From contig CAZYLV010000003.1 in the NCBI GenBank assembly GCA_964648865.1, positions 33,731 to 97,730 on the forward strand: DNA of 64,000 nucleotides, in the 5' to 3' direction. The notes under the pieces are model-generated. The model was not told where the DNA came from. It searched no databases and worked only from the letters and a program-made list of their open reading frames with translations. Every line of letters starts with the position of its first letter. Position 1 is the first letter of the stretch. Below, in pieces: positions 12,001 through 21,073 of this stretch. The position numbers were made by a program, and so were the translations under genes. The DNA is from an uncultured Gammaproteobacteria bacterium. Its GTDB lineage: Bacteria; Patescibacteriota; Patescibacteriia; 2-12-FULL-57-11.

Positions 12001-13959
12001 ATGGACGACGTCCGTACGCCCTTGGGCATGACCGTCCGTCGCAGCGACGAGCGCTGGGACGTGACCGATGCCGCAGCGACCGAGAAGCGTCCCGAGACGT
12101 CGGCCCGCGCACAGTATCTCGGCGTCGCCGTGAGCCGTCGCCGGCTCATCGCCCTCATCGGCGTGCTGATGGCCGCCTTCGGCATCCTCACGGCGCGTGC
12201 GGCCCAACTCCAGGTCTTCTCCGGCGAGGAGCACCGCAGCCAAGCCGACCGCAACCGCGTACGGGTGCTGCCGACGCGCGCCGTGCGCGGCGTCTTCTTC
12301 GACCGCGCCGGCACGCCGCTCGTGACCAACGTCCCGACGTTCGCCCTGATGCTGACCTACGCCGACCTGCCCGTCGACGACCCGCAGCGCATCGCCGTCA
12401 TCGCCGACGCGGCGCGGCTCTCCGGCGTGCCGGTCGAGGAGCTTGCCATGGCCGTCGGCGAGGCCCGCCGTACGCCCTTCGTCCCATACGCCGCGGCCAC
12501 GGACATCCCGTACGACAACGCCTTGCGCGTGGAGGTGGCCGCGGAACGGCTGCCCGGGGTGAGCGTCGTCGTGGATACCGTCCGGCAGTATGCCGGGGGC
12601 GCCGAGGCGCAGTCCCTTGGCCATCTCTTCGGCTACGTCGGGAAGATCACCGAGGGGCTCTATGCGGCCGCGACGCCCGGCACGTACCTGCTCAACGACC
12701 GCGTCGGCCGGGCCGGCATCGAGGCCGCGCTCGAGCCGCTGCTGCGCGGCAGCTACGGCACCCGGCAGGTGGAGGTCGACGCCCTCGGTCGGGAACGGCG
12801 CGTCATCGCCGAGGAGCCGCCCGAGGACGGCGCCAGCGTGCGGTTGACGGTCGACCTCGCCGCGCAGGAGAAGCTCGAGCAGGTGCTGACGGCCGCCATG
12901 CGCCGCATCGGCCGGACGCGGGCCGCGGCCGTGGCCCTGGATCCGCGCGACGGGGGCGTCATCGCTCTCGTCTCGCTGCCGGGCTACGGCCAGAACCTCT
13001 TCTCCGGCGGCGTGGCCTCGAGCACCTACCGCGCCCTGGCCGAGGATCCCGACGCTCCGCTCTTCCCGCGCGCCGTCTCCGGCACCTACCCGTCCGGCTC
13101 GACCATCAAGCCGCTGGTCGCCGCGGCGGCGTTGGAAGAAGGCATCGTCGGCGAGCGGACCACGGTGCTCTCCACCGGCGGCGTGCGCTACGGGGAGTGG
13201 TTCTTCCCGGACTGGCGCACCGGCGGCCACGGCTCGACCGACGTCAAGAAGGCCATCGCCGACTCGGTCAACACGTTCTTCTACATGGTCGGCGGCGGCA
13301 CCGACAGCTTCCCGGGGCTGGGCATCGACCGGCTCGCGCAGTGGTTCCGCCGCTTCGGCCTCGGCGAGGCGACGGGCGTCGAGCTGCCGGGTGAGGCTGC
13401 GGGCCTCGTGCCGACGCCGGACTGGAAGGAACGCACCAAGCGGCAGTCGTGGTTCATCGGCGACACCTATCACGTCTCCATCGGGCAGGGCGACGTGCTG
13501 GTGACGCCGCTGCAGATGGCCACGGTGACCCAGGCCTTCGCCAACGGCGGCACGGTCTACGGGCCGCGGCTGGTGGCCGCGCACGTCGCCGAGGGCACGG
13601 AGACGATCGAGCCGGCCCGCGTGCTGGCGGACGGCTTCCTGGACGCCGAGACGCTGCGCATCGTCCGCGAGGGCATGCGCCAGACCGTCCTTGCGGGCAG
13701 CGCGCCCTCGCTGCAGCTCGTGCCGGTCCCCGTGGCCGGCAAGACCGGCACCGCGCAGTGGCGCGACGGCCGGCCGACGCACGCCTGGTTCACCGGCTTC
13801 GCGCCTTACGACCGCCCGGAAATCGTCGTCGCCATCCTCATCGAGGAAGGCGGCGAGGGTTCGTCGGTGGCCGTGCCTGTGGCACGGGAGTTCCTCAGCT
13901 GGTATTTCGGCGCCCGTCTGTCCACACCGTCGCTTGACGGCGCCGCGGCCGGCCGGTAG
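12001..13959 (+). CDS. mrdA: Penicillin-binding protein 2
   Basis: GSTIKP (SxxK), SVN (SxN), KTGTAQ; N-terminal TM. Confidence 0.95.
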   Translation: MDDVRTPLGMTVRRSDERWDVTDAAATEKRPETSARAQYLGVAVSRRRLIALIGVLMAAFGILTARAAQLQVFSGEEHRSQADRNRVRVLPTRAVRGVFFDRAGTPLVTNVPTFALMLTYADLPVDDPQRIAVIADAARLSGVPVEELAMAVGEARRTPFVPYAAATDIPYDNALRVEVAAERLPGVSVVVDTVRQYAGGAEAQSLGHLFGYVGKITEGLYAAATPGTYLLNDRVGRAGIEAALEPLLRGSYGTRQVEVDALGRERRVIAEEPPEDGASVRLTVDLAAQEKLEQVLTAAMRRIGRTRAAAVALDPRDGGVIALVSLPGYGQNLFSGGVASSTYRALAEDPDAPLFPRAVSGTYPSGSTIKPLVAAAALEEGIVGERTTVLSTGGVRYGEWFFPDWRTGGHGSTDVKKAIADSVNTFFYMVGGGTDSFPGLGIDRLAQWFRRFGLGEATGVELPGEAAGLVPTPDWKERTKRQSWFIGDTYHVSIGQGDVLVTPLQMATVTQAFANGGTVYGPRLVAAHVAEGTETIEPARVLADGFLDAETLRIVREGMRQTVLAGSAPSLQLVPVPVAGKTGTAQWRDGRPTHAWFTGFAPYDRPEIVVAILIEEGGEGSSVAVPVAREFLSWYFGARLSTPSLDGAAAGR

Positions 13960-13962
13960 CGT
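13934..13962 (+). promoter_or_regulatory. greA promoter TTGACG-17-TAGCGT
   Basis: Consensus-like hexamers with a 17-nt spacer. Confidence 0.55.
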
Positions 13963-13986
13963 GAGAGGCGACAACCGAACCATTCC

Positions 13987-14014
13987 GCTGACCCCGTCCG
14001 GGGTCAGCTTTCTT
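13987..14014 (+). terminator. Hairpin plus U-tract in the greA leader
   Basis: GCTGACCCC-GTCC-GGGGTCAGC-TTTCTT. Confidence 0.7.
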
Positions 14015-14022
14015 CGTACGAT

Positions 14023-14481
14023 ATGAACGAATACGTCTACGTCACCCCCGCGGGGCTCGAAAAACTCAAGAAGGAGCTCCATGAGCTCAAGACGGTCCGC
14101 AAGCGTGAGGTCGCGGACCGGATCGAGAAGGCCAAGGAGCTCGGCGACCTCTCCGAGAACGCCGAGTACGCGGACGCCAAGGACGAGATGGCCTTCATCG
14201 AGGGACGCATCATGGAACTCGAGGATGCGGTCAACCGCTCCAAGGTCATCGAGAGCGCCGGTACCGAGACCGTCTCCATCGGCCATACGGTGGAGGTCGA
14301 GGTCGGCGGCAAGGCGCGGACCTACACCATCGTCGGCTCGAGCGAGGCCGATCCGGCCGCCGGCCGCATCTCCAACGAGACGCCGCTGGCCCACGCGCTG
14401 CTCGGCAAGAAGGTCGGCGACAGCATCGAGGTCACCTTGCCCGCCGGCAAGACGACCTACGTCATCCGCTCCATTTCCTGA
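14023..14481 (+). CDS. greA: Transcription elongation factor GreA
   Basis: GDLSENAEY, GRISNETPLAHALLG. Confidence 0.98.
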   Translation: MNEYVYVTPAGLEKLKKELHELKTVRKREVADRIEKAKELGDLSENAEYADAKDEMAFIEGRIMELEDAVNRSKVIESAGTETVSIGHTVEVEVGGKARTYTIVGSSEADPAAGRISNETPLAHALLGKKVGDSIEVTLPAGKTTYVIRSIS

Positions 14482-14510
14482 AGGTCCGGGGCGCGCTATA
14501 CTGCGTCGAT

Positions 14511-15986
14511 ATGGCCGAAGAGACCGTCGCACGCCGCGAGAAGCTCGAGGCCCTCCGCCAAGAGGGAATCGAGGCCTATCCGCCGGACCCGCTGCGCACC
14601 GCCACGGTGGGCGAGCTGCTGGCATCGTTCGCGGAGCGCGAGAGGGGCGGCGACAACGTCACGATCACCGGTCGGCTGATGACCGTCCGCGTCCATGGCG
14701 CCCTGCTGTTCGCCGACCTGCGGGACGCGACCGGCCGCATCCAGCTGATGCTCAAGGAAGACCAGGTCGGCGCGACGTCCTTCGCCCGCTTCCGGGACCG
14801 CATGGACCCGGGCGACATCGTGGAGGCCACCGGCGCCGCGTTCACCACCAAGCGCGGCGAGCAGTCGCTGCTCGTGGCCGCGTGGCGCCCGCTGGCCAAA
14901 GCCCTCCTCCCCCTGCCCGAGAAGTGGCACGGACTCACGGACGTGGAGACGCGTTTCCGTGAGCGCGAGATCGACCTGCTGGCCAACGACGTCGTCCGTG
15001 AGCGCTTCCTGTTGCGCTCACGGGCCATCCACGCGGTCCGCGCCTTCCTGCACGAGCGCGGGTTCCTGGAAGTGGAGACGCCGATGCTGCACCCCATCGC
15101 CGGCGGTGCCAGCGCCCGGCCGTTCGTCACCCACCACAACGCGCTCGGCGTGGACCTTTTCTTGCGCATCGCCCCGGAGCTGTACCTCAAGCGGCTGCTC
15201 GTGGGCGGCTTCGAGCGCATCTTCGAGCTGGGACGCTGCTTCCGCAACGAGGGCATCGATTACTCGCACAACCCCGAGTTCACGATGCTCGAGCTGTACT
15301 GGGCCTACGCCGAGAAGGACGCCTTCCTGGCCATGCTCGAGGAGATGCTCGGCCGCGTGCTCACCGAGACGGTCGGCGGCACCGTGCTCGAGTACGAAGG
15401 CGAGCGGCTCGACTTCGCCGCGCCCTGGCCGCGCACGACGTTCCGCCAGGCCGTCCTCGACGCCACTGGCATCGACATCGACGAGGCCCGGAACCCCGAG
15501 GCGCTCGCCGCGGCCGCGGCGCGCAAGAGGGTCGCGGTCGACTTCGGCGGCTGCGTGGGCCTCGGCGAGTGCTATGACGAACTCTGGAAGCGCGCCGCAC
15601 GGCCGCGCATCGTCCGGCCCACCTGGGTCCTGGACTACCCGGTGGAGATGAAGCCGCTGACGCGCCGTCATCCGGAGGATCCCGCCAAGAGCGCCTCGGC
15701 GCAGCTCGTGGTGCGCGGCGCCGAGATCATCAACGCCTTCTACCACGAGCTCAACGACCCGCTCGACCAGCGGGCGCGCTTCGAGGAGCAGCAGCGGCTC
15801 AGGGAGCAGGGGAGCGCGGAAGCGCAGCCCATGGATGAGGGCTTCCTGCGCGCGCTCGAGCACGGCATGCCCCCCGCGGCGGGCATGGGCATGGGCATCG
15901 ATCGCCTGGTGTTGCTGCTCACCGGCACGCACAACATCAAGGAGACCATCCTCTTCCCGACGCTGCGGCCCGAGCACCCCGTATGA
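14511..15986 (+). CDS. lysS: Lysine-tRNA ligase (class II)
   Basis: [33 protein letters not shown]. Confidence 0.98.
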   Translation: MAEETVARREKLEALRQEGIEAYPPDPLRTATVGELLASFAERERGGDNVTITGRLMTVRVHGALLFADLRDATGRIQLMLKEDQVGATSFARFRDRMDPGDIVEATGAAFTTKRGEQSLLVAAWRPLAKALLPLPEKWHGLTDVETRFREREIDLLANDVVRERFLLRSRAIHAVRAFLHERGFLEVETPMLHPIAGGASARPFVTHHNALGVDLFLRIAPELYLKRLLVGGFERIFELGRCFRNEGIDYSHNPEFTMLELYWAYAEKDAFLAMLEEMLGRVLTETVGGTVLEYEGERLDFAAPWPRTTFRQAVLDATGIDIDEARNPEALAAAAARKRVAVDFGGCVGLGECYDELWKRAARPRIVRPTWVLDYPVEMKPLTRRHPEDPAKSASAQLVVRGAEIINAFYHELNDPLDQRARFEEQQRLREQGSAEAQPMDEGFLRALEHGMPPAAGMGMGIDRLVLLLTGTHNIKETILFPTLRPEHPV

Positions 15987-16417
15987 AGCGGCGCGTCGTG
16001 GTCTTCGGCACGTTCGACCTGCTCCATCCGGGGCACGCCGCGTTCCTGCGGCGGGCGCGCCGGTTGGGCGACGAGCTGGTCGTGGTGGTGGCCCGGGACG
16101 CCCGCGTGCGCCGGGAGAAGGGCAAGGCGCCCGTCTTCCGCGAACGCGAGCGGCTCGCGCTCGTCGCAGCCCTGCGCTGGGTGGATAAGGCCGTACTCGG
16201 CGACGCCGCCGGCCGCTGGGGCGCGGTACGACGGTTGCGCCCGCGCGTCATCGCCCTGGGGCACGACCAGACCGCCGCGCGGCCCGAGGTCGTCCGCCAG
16301 CTCGCCGACCTCCGCCCGCGCCCACGGCTCGTCCCGCTGCCGCGCATCGGTCCACCCCATCACGCCTCGTCCCGGTTGAAAGCCCGCATCTATGATCGAC
16401 AGAAAACTCGTCCGTGA
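15983..16417 (+). CDS. Cytidylyltransferase-family protein / RibL-type FAD synthase
   Basis: FGTFDLLHPGH (HxGH), VVVARD, IALGHDQ. Confidence 0.85.
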   Translation: MKRRVVVFGTFDLLHPGHAAFLRRARRLGDELVVVVARDARVRREKGKAPVFRERERLALVAALRWVDKAVLGDAAGRWGAVRRLRPRVIALGHDQTAARPEVVRQLADLRPRPRLVPLPRIGPPHHASSRLKARIYDRQKTRP

Positions 16418-17705
16418 GCGTCCGGACATCCTCAAGAAGGCGGTCGCCGACCGTCGGCTGAAGGTCGACGTGGACGCCATCGTGAAGATGGAAGGACAGC
16501 GGCTCGACGTGCTGCGCAAGGTCGAGGACTTCCGCGCCCTGAAGCGCAAGGCCTCAGACAAGATCGCCAAGGCACCGCCGGCGGAGAAGAAGGCCCTCAT
16601 CGCCGAGATGAAGGACTTCGACAAGGACGCCGACAAGCTGGAGAAGAAGCTGGCCAAGCTCGAGGGAGAGCTCGATGCGCTGCTCAAGCAGCTGCCCAAC
16701 ATCCCGCTGCCTGAGGTGCCGGTGGGTCCGGACGAGAGCGGCAACGTGGAGATCCGCCGCGTCGGCGAACCGCCGACATTCGGTTTCGCCCCCAAGGACC
16801 ACATGGCGCTCGGCACCGCGCTGGGCATCATCGATCAGGAACGCGCCGCCCGCGTCTCCGGCGCACGCTTCACGTATCTCCTCGGCGATCTGGTGCGCCT
16901 CCAGCAGTCGCTGGGCCAGTTCGTCTTCGACCTTCTGACGGACCGTGCGGCCTTGGGCGCGCTCATCAAGAAGGCCGAGCTCGACGTGCCGGACACGCCG
17001 TTCATCCCGGTCGTGCCGCCGCTCATGATCACGCCCGGCGTCTTCGAGCGGATGGGGCGCCTCGAGCCCAAGGACGAGCGCTACCGCATGGATGCCGACG
17101 ACCTGTATCTCATCGGCAGCGCCGAGCACACCCTCGGGCCGTTGCACATGGACGAGATCCTGGCCGAGGCCGACCTGCCGCTGCGCTACGTGGCCCTGAC
17201 CCCGGCCTTCCGCCGCGAGGCGGGCAGCTACGGCAAGGACACGCGCGGCATCCTGCGGCTTCACCAGTTCGACAAGATGGAGATGGAATCCTTCGCGCTG
17301 CCCGAGCGGGCCGTGGCCGAGCAGGACCTCTTCGTGGCCATCCAGGAACATGTCGTCGCTGCGCTGGGCATCCCGTATCGCGTCATGGCGATCTGCACGG
17401 GCGACATGGGCACGCCGGACGCGCGCCAGATCGACATCGAGTGCTGGATGCCGGGGCAGGACACCTACCGCGAGACGCACACCGCGGACCTGATGACCGA
17501 TTTCCAGGCGCGTCGGCTCAATACCCGCGTCAGGCGCGCCGACGGCAGCACGCAGTTCGTCCACATGAACGACGCCACGGCCGTGGCCATGGGGCGCATG
17601 CTCATCGCCATCCTCGAGAATTTCCAACGGGAGGACGGCAGCATCGATGTCCCCGTGGTCCTGCATCCGTACATGCGCGGCGTGACGAGACTCACGCCCC
17701 GCTGA
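16392..17705 (+). CDS. serS: Serine-tRNA ligase
   Basis: FRREAGSYGKDTRGILRLHQFDK, FQARRLN, ILENFQ. Confidence 0.97.
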   Translation: MIDRKLVRERPDILKKAVADRRLKVDVDAIVKMEGQRLDVLRKVEDFRALKRKASDKIAKAPPAEKKALIAEMKDFDKDADKLEKKLAKLEGELDALLKQLPNIPLPEVPVGPDESGNVEIRRVGEPPTFGFAPKDHMALGTALGIIDQERAARVSGARFTYLLGDLVRLQQSLGQFVFDLLTDRAALGALIKKAELDVPDTPFIPVVPPLMITPGVFERMGRLEPKDERYRMDADDLYLIGSAEHTLGPLHMDEILAEADLPLRYVALTPAFRREAGSYGKDTRGILRLHQFDKMEMESFALPERAVAEQDLFVAIQEHVVAALGIPYRVMAICTGDMGTPDARQIDIECWMPGQDTYRETHTADLMTDFQARRLNTRVRRADGSTQFVHMNDATAVAMGRMLIAILENFQREDGSIDVPVVLHPYMRGVTRLTPR

Positions 17706-17712
17706 TCCGCCC

Positions 17713-18840
17713 ATGCGCCTGGCGCCGAAAACCTGGGTCGAGGTTTCGCGGGCCGCGCTCCGGCACAACGCGCAGGAGTTCCGCCACGCGCTCGGGCCAG
17801 CCGCGGCCCTCATGGCGGTCGTCAAGAGCAACGCGTACGGCCATGGTCTCACTGAGACCGTCCAGGCCTTGAAAGGCCGTGTCCCGTGGTTCGGTGTCGA
17901 TAGTGTCCCCGAGGCCATCTCGGGACTCCAAAGCGCTCCCCAGGCCCGTTTTTTGGCTCTGGGCGCGTTCCTGCCGGAGTGGTTGGCTCCCGCGGCCAAG
18001 AAGGGCATCCGGCTGAGCGTCTCCAGCCCCGAGGCCGCTGCCGTCCTGGCCCGCAAGGCACCCCGAGCCACCGTCCACCTGGAGGTCGAGACAGGCCTGA
18101 CACGGCAGGGGATCGGGGAGAAGGACCTGCCGTCGACGCTGCGTCTGCTCCGACGCGCCGGGGTGCGCGTCGAGGGGCTGTTCACGCACTACGCCAACAT
18201 CGAGGATACGACCGAGCACAGCTACGCCCGTGGCCAACTGACGCGCTTCCGCAAGGCGTTGTCCATCGCGGAGAAGGTCCTGGGCACGCCGGTGCCGCTG
18301 CCGCACACGGCATGCTCCGCCGCGGCCATCCTCTTTCCGCAGACGCACTTCGCGCTGTCCCGCGTCGGCATCTCCCTCTATGGCCTCTGGCCGAGCAAGG
18401 AGACGCTCGTCTCGGCACGCGCCGCGGGCAAGCCCATCGACCTGCGGCCGGCGCTCGCATGGAAGACGACCGTCGCCCAAGTCAAGCGCGTGCGCGCCGG
18501 GACACCGGTGAGTTACGGCCTCACGGAGCGCATGGCGCGCACCGGCAGGGTCGCCGTGCTGCCGGTGGGATACTGGGACGGCTACGCTCGCGGACTCTCG
18601 TCCGTCGGACAGGCGCTCATCCGCGGGCGGCGCGCAAAGGTGCTCGGCCGCGTCTGCATGAACATGATGATGGTCGACGTCACGGGCGTCCCCGGCGTCC
18701 GCCCGGGCGACGAGGTCGTCCTCCTCGGCCGGCAGGGGAGGGGAGCGGTCAGCGCCGAGGATCTCGCCGCGAAGCTCGGCACCATCAACTACGAAGTCGT
18801 GACGCGCATCAACCCGACGTTGCCGCGTATCCTGGTATGA
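17713..18840 (+). CDS. alr: Alanine racemase
   Basis: AVVKSNAYGHG, VGYWDG, GRVCMN, GTINYEV. Confidence 0.97.
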   Translation: MRLAPKTWVEVSRAALRHNAQEFRHALGPAAALMAVVKSNAYGHGLTETVQALKGRVPWFGVDSVPEAISGLQSAPQARFLALGAFLPEWLAPAAKKGIRLSVSSPEAAAVLARKAPRATVHLEVETGLTRQGIGEKDLPSTLRLLRRAGVRVEGLFTHYANIEDTTEHSYARGQLTRFRKALSIAEKVLGTPVPLPHTACSAAAILFPQTHFALSRVGISLYGLWPSKETLVSARAAGKPIDLRPALAWKTTVAQVKRVRAGTPVSYGLTERMARTGRVAVLPVGYWDGYARGLSSVGQALIRGRRAKVLGRVCMNMMMVDVTGVPGVRPGDEVVLLGRQGRGAVSAEDLAAKLGTINYEVVTRINPTLPRILV

Positions 18841-19946
18841 AGAAACTCCGCATCGGCGTCATCTTCGGCGGCAGGAGCGGCGAGCACGAGGTGAGCTGCG
18901 CGTCGGCACGCAACGTGCTGGCCGCGTTCGACCAGGCGCGCTACGAGGCCGTACCGGTGCTCGTGGCCAAGGACGGCACCTGGCACCGCGGCGAGGCGGC
19001 CGCGCACTATCTGGCGCACGGTTCATTTCCGGAAATCGATGTCCGTGTAGGGGCGCAGCATGCGGCGCCCCTACAGCCGGTACCGGATGCCGGCCGGCCG
19101 TTCGACGTCATCTTCCCGCTCATCCACGGCACCAACGGCGAGGATGGGACGCTGCAGGGTCTCCTGGAGCTCGCCGACGTGCCTTATGTGGGCTGCGGCG
19201 TGCTCGGATCGGCCGTCGGCATGGACAAGATCGCGCAAAAGGCGATGCTGCGTGATGCCGGCATCCCTGTCGCGCCCGCCGTGGCGACCGATGCCGTCGA
19301 GGTCGCCGGTGACTGGCCCGGCGTCGCCGCCCACGCCGCTGCGCTTGACCTGCCGCTGTTCGTGAAGCCGGCCAACGCCGGATCGTCCGTCGGCGTCAGC
19401 AAGGTCAAGACCGCCGATGCGTTGCGCGCCGCGGTGGACGAGGCGTTGCGCCACGACCGCCGGGTGCTCATCGAGGCGGCCGTGCCGGCGGCGCGAGAGC
19501 TGGAGATCGCCGTGCTCGGCAACGAGGCGCCTCGGGCCTCGGTCATCGGCGAGATCGTCCCGTCCGGCGAGTTCTACGACTACGACGCCAAATACGTCGA
19601 CGGCGCCTCGCGTTCCGTCGTGCCGGCCTCGCTCGAACCTGCCGTCGCGGAGCGCGTCACGCGGCTGGCCCTGCACGCCTTCCGCGCCCTGGATCTGGCA
19701 GGCATGGCACGCGTCGACTTCCTGCTCTCCCGGGAGACGGACCAGCTCGTCCTCAACGAGGTCAACACCATCCCGGGGTTCACGGACATCAGCATGTACC
19801 CGACGCTCTGGAAGGCCAGCGGCCTGCCGCAGCCGGCGCTGCTCGACGAGCTGGTGCGTCTGGCCCAGGAGCGGCACGCCGCACGCCGCGCCTTGCTGCG
19901 TTCGCATGCCACCGGCGGCTGGTGGATCGCCGGAACGGGTCCCTGA
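18837..19946 (+). CDS. ddl: D-alanine-D-alanine ligase
   Basis: FGGRSGEHEVS, HGTNGEDGTLQG, GSSVGV, YDYDAKY, NEVNTIPGFT. Confidence 0.97.
   Translation: MKKLRIGVIFGGRSGEHEVSCASARNVLAAFDQARYEAVPVLVAKDGTWHRGEAAAHYLAHGSFPEIDVRVGAQHAAPLQPVPDAGRPFDVIFPLIHGTNGEDGTLQGLLELADVPYVGCGVLGSAVGMDKIAQKAMLRDAGIPVAPAVATDAVEVAGDWPGVAAHAAALDLPLFVKPANAGSSVGVSKVKTADALRAAVDEALRHDRRVLIEAAVPAARELEIAVLGNEAPRASVIGEIVPSGEFYDYDAKYVDGASRSVVPASLEPAVAERVTRLALHAFRALDLAGMARVDFLLSRETDQLVLNEVNTIPGFTDISMYPTLWKASGLPQPALLDELVRLAQERHAARRALLRSHATGGWWIAGTGP
19047..19074. repeat. GTAG-type REP-like palindrome inside ddl
   Basis: GTAGGGGCGCAGCATGCGGCGCCCCTAC, translated as VGAQHAAPL. Confidence 0.75.
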
Positions 19947-19948
19947 CC

Positions 19949-20929
19949 ATGCGCCTGCCTTTCTTGCGCCGCGGACCGCGACCGCCGGCGGGCCGCAAGG
20001 TCTACCGCTTGCCGCGCTCCACGCGCGGCCCCTCGGAGAACCCCTACTTCAACCGTCGCGTCCAACGGCGCATGGTACGCGTCCTGCCGCTCGTGACGAC
20101 ATGCGGCGCGGCGCTCGCGCTCGGCGTCGCGGCGATCCTCGGGCTGACGCTGCCCGGCCTCGCCATCGGCCAGATCAGCGTCACGGGACATGGGCGTGTC
20201 GGCCGCGAGGAGATCGACGCCGCCATCCGGGAGGAGTACGACGTCCGGTTCCTCGGCATCTTCCCGCGACGCAACTACTTCCTCTTCCGCGCCGCCGCGC
20301 TGCGCGGGCGCCTGGAAGCGCACCCTTCCATCGCCGCGGCGGACGTCTCCAAGGCCTTCCCGGACCGTCTGAGCGTGCGCGTCGTGGAACGCGAGGCGGA
20401 GTTCCAGGTCCTGACCACCGACGCGCGGGCGCTGGTCGACGACGAGGGCATCGCCTTCGAGGTCTTCCTGGGGGAGGGGGGAGGCCGTCCGCCGACCGTC
20501 ACGCCGCCCCTCGGCTCCACCAGCACGCCGCTCTTCGCGACGTCCACCTGGAAGCTCCCTGATCTCGTGCGCATCGTGCAGCAGCGTGCGACGACGACCT
20601 ATCCGACATTGTACGACACATCAGAGACGGCCTTCCTCAGGGGGGAGGCGATCGTCCCACCGGCCATCGTCGACACGGTGCGGAGGGTCTCCGGGCTCCT
20701 CAACGAGACCGACAGCTCGCTGAACGCCGTCGGCGCCATCTACGACCGCGACCGACGGCATGAGATGAACGTCGTCACGTCCGAGGGCTGGCGTGTGCTC
20801 TTGGACCCCGGGCTCGGTCTGGAGGCGCCGCTCGAGGCGCTGCGTGCCGTCCTGCAGGAGCAGATCACGGACCGCGGCACGCTGGAGTACGTGGACGTGC
20901 GATACCAGGATCGCGTGTACTACAAGTAG
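19949..20929 (+). CDS. ftsQ: FtsQ/DivIB-like POTRA-domain protein
   Basis: TM, ISVTG, KAFPDRLSVRVVER, LEYVDVRYQDRVYYK. Confidence 0.8.
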   Translation: MRLPFLRRGPRPPAGRKVYRLPRSTRGPSENPYFNRRVQRRMVRVLPLVTTCGAALALGVAAILGLTLPGLAIGQISVTGHGRVGREEIDAAIREEYDVRFLGIFPRRNYFLFRAAALRGRLEAHPSIAAADVSKAFPDRLSVRVVEREAEFQVLTTDARALVDDEGIAFEVFLGEGGGRPPTVTPPLGSTSTPLFATSTWKLPDLVRIVQQRATTTYPTLYDTSETAFLRGEAIVPPAIVDTVRRVSGLLNETDSSLNAVGAIYDRDRRHEMNVVTSEGWRVLLDPGLGLEAPLEALRAVLQEQITDRGTLEYVDVRYQDRVYYK

Positions 20930-20982
20930 GGCCCTACAGAGGCTCACACGAAGAGGCCTATCCCGGGCATTTCCGCAACCTA

Positions 20983-21010
20983 GCGTCGCATAAGATACAT
21001 TGGGCGACAC
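20983..21010. other. dif-like Xer recombination site (11-6-11)
   Basis: GCGTCGCATAA-GATACA-TTGGGCGACAC; imperfect inverted arms in an AT-rich intergenic gap between convergent genes. Confidence 0.5.
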
Positions 21011-21032
21011 TAGTAACGCTCTATCGCCTAGC

Positions 21033-21065
21033 GTCATTTCGAGGAGCGAAGTGACGGTAAATCCC
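21033..21065 (+). repeat. GTCAT...ATCCC-type small palindromic repeat half
   Basis: GTCATTTCGAGGAGCGAAGTGACGGTAAATCCC. Confidence 0.45.
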
Positions 21066-21073
21066 AGGCGTCC

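Noticed and set aside
11767-14625. Very long antisense or alternate-frame ORFs (e.g. 952 aa here, 5966-8233, 25847-27829, 57324-59384)
   Set aside because: Shadow ORFs of high-GC codon bias opposite well-supported genes; no motifs.
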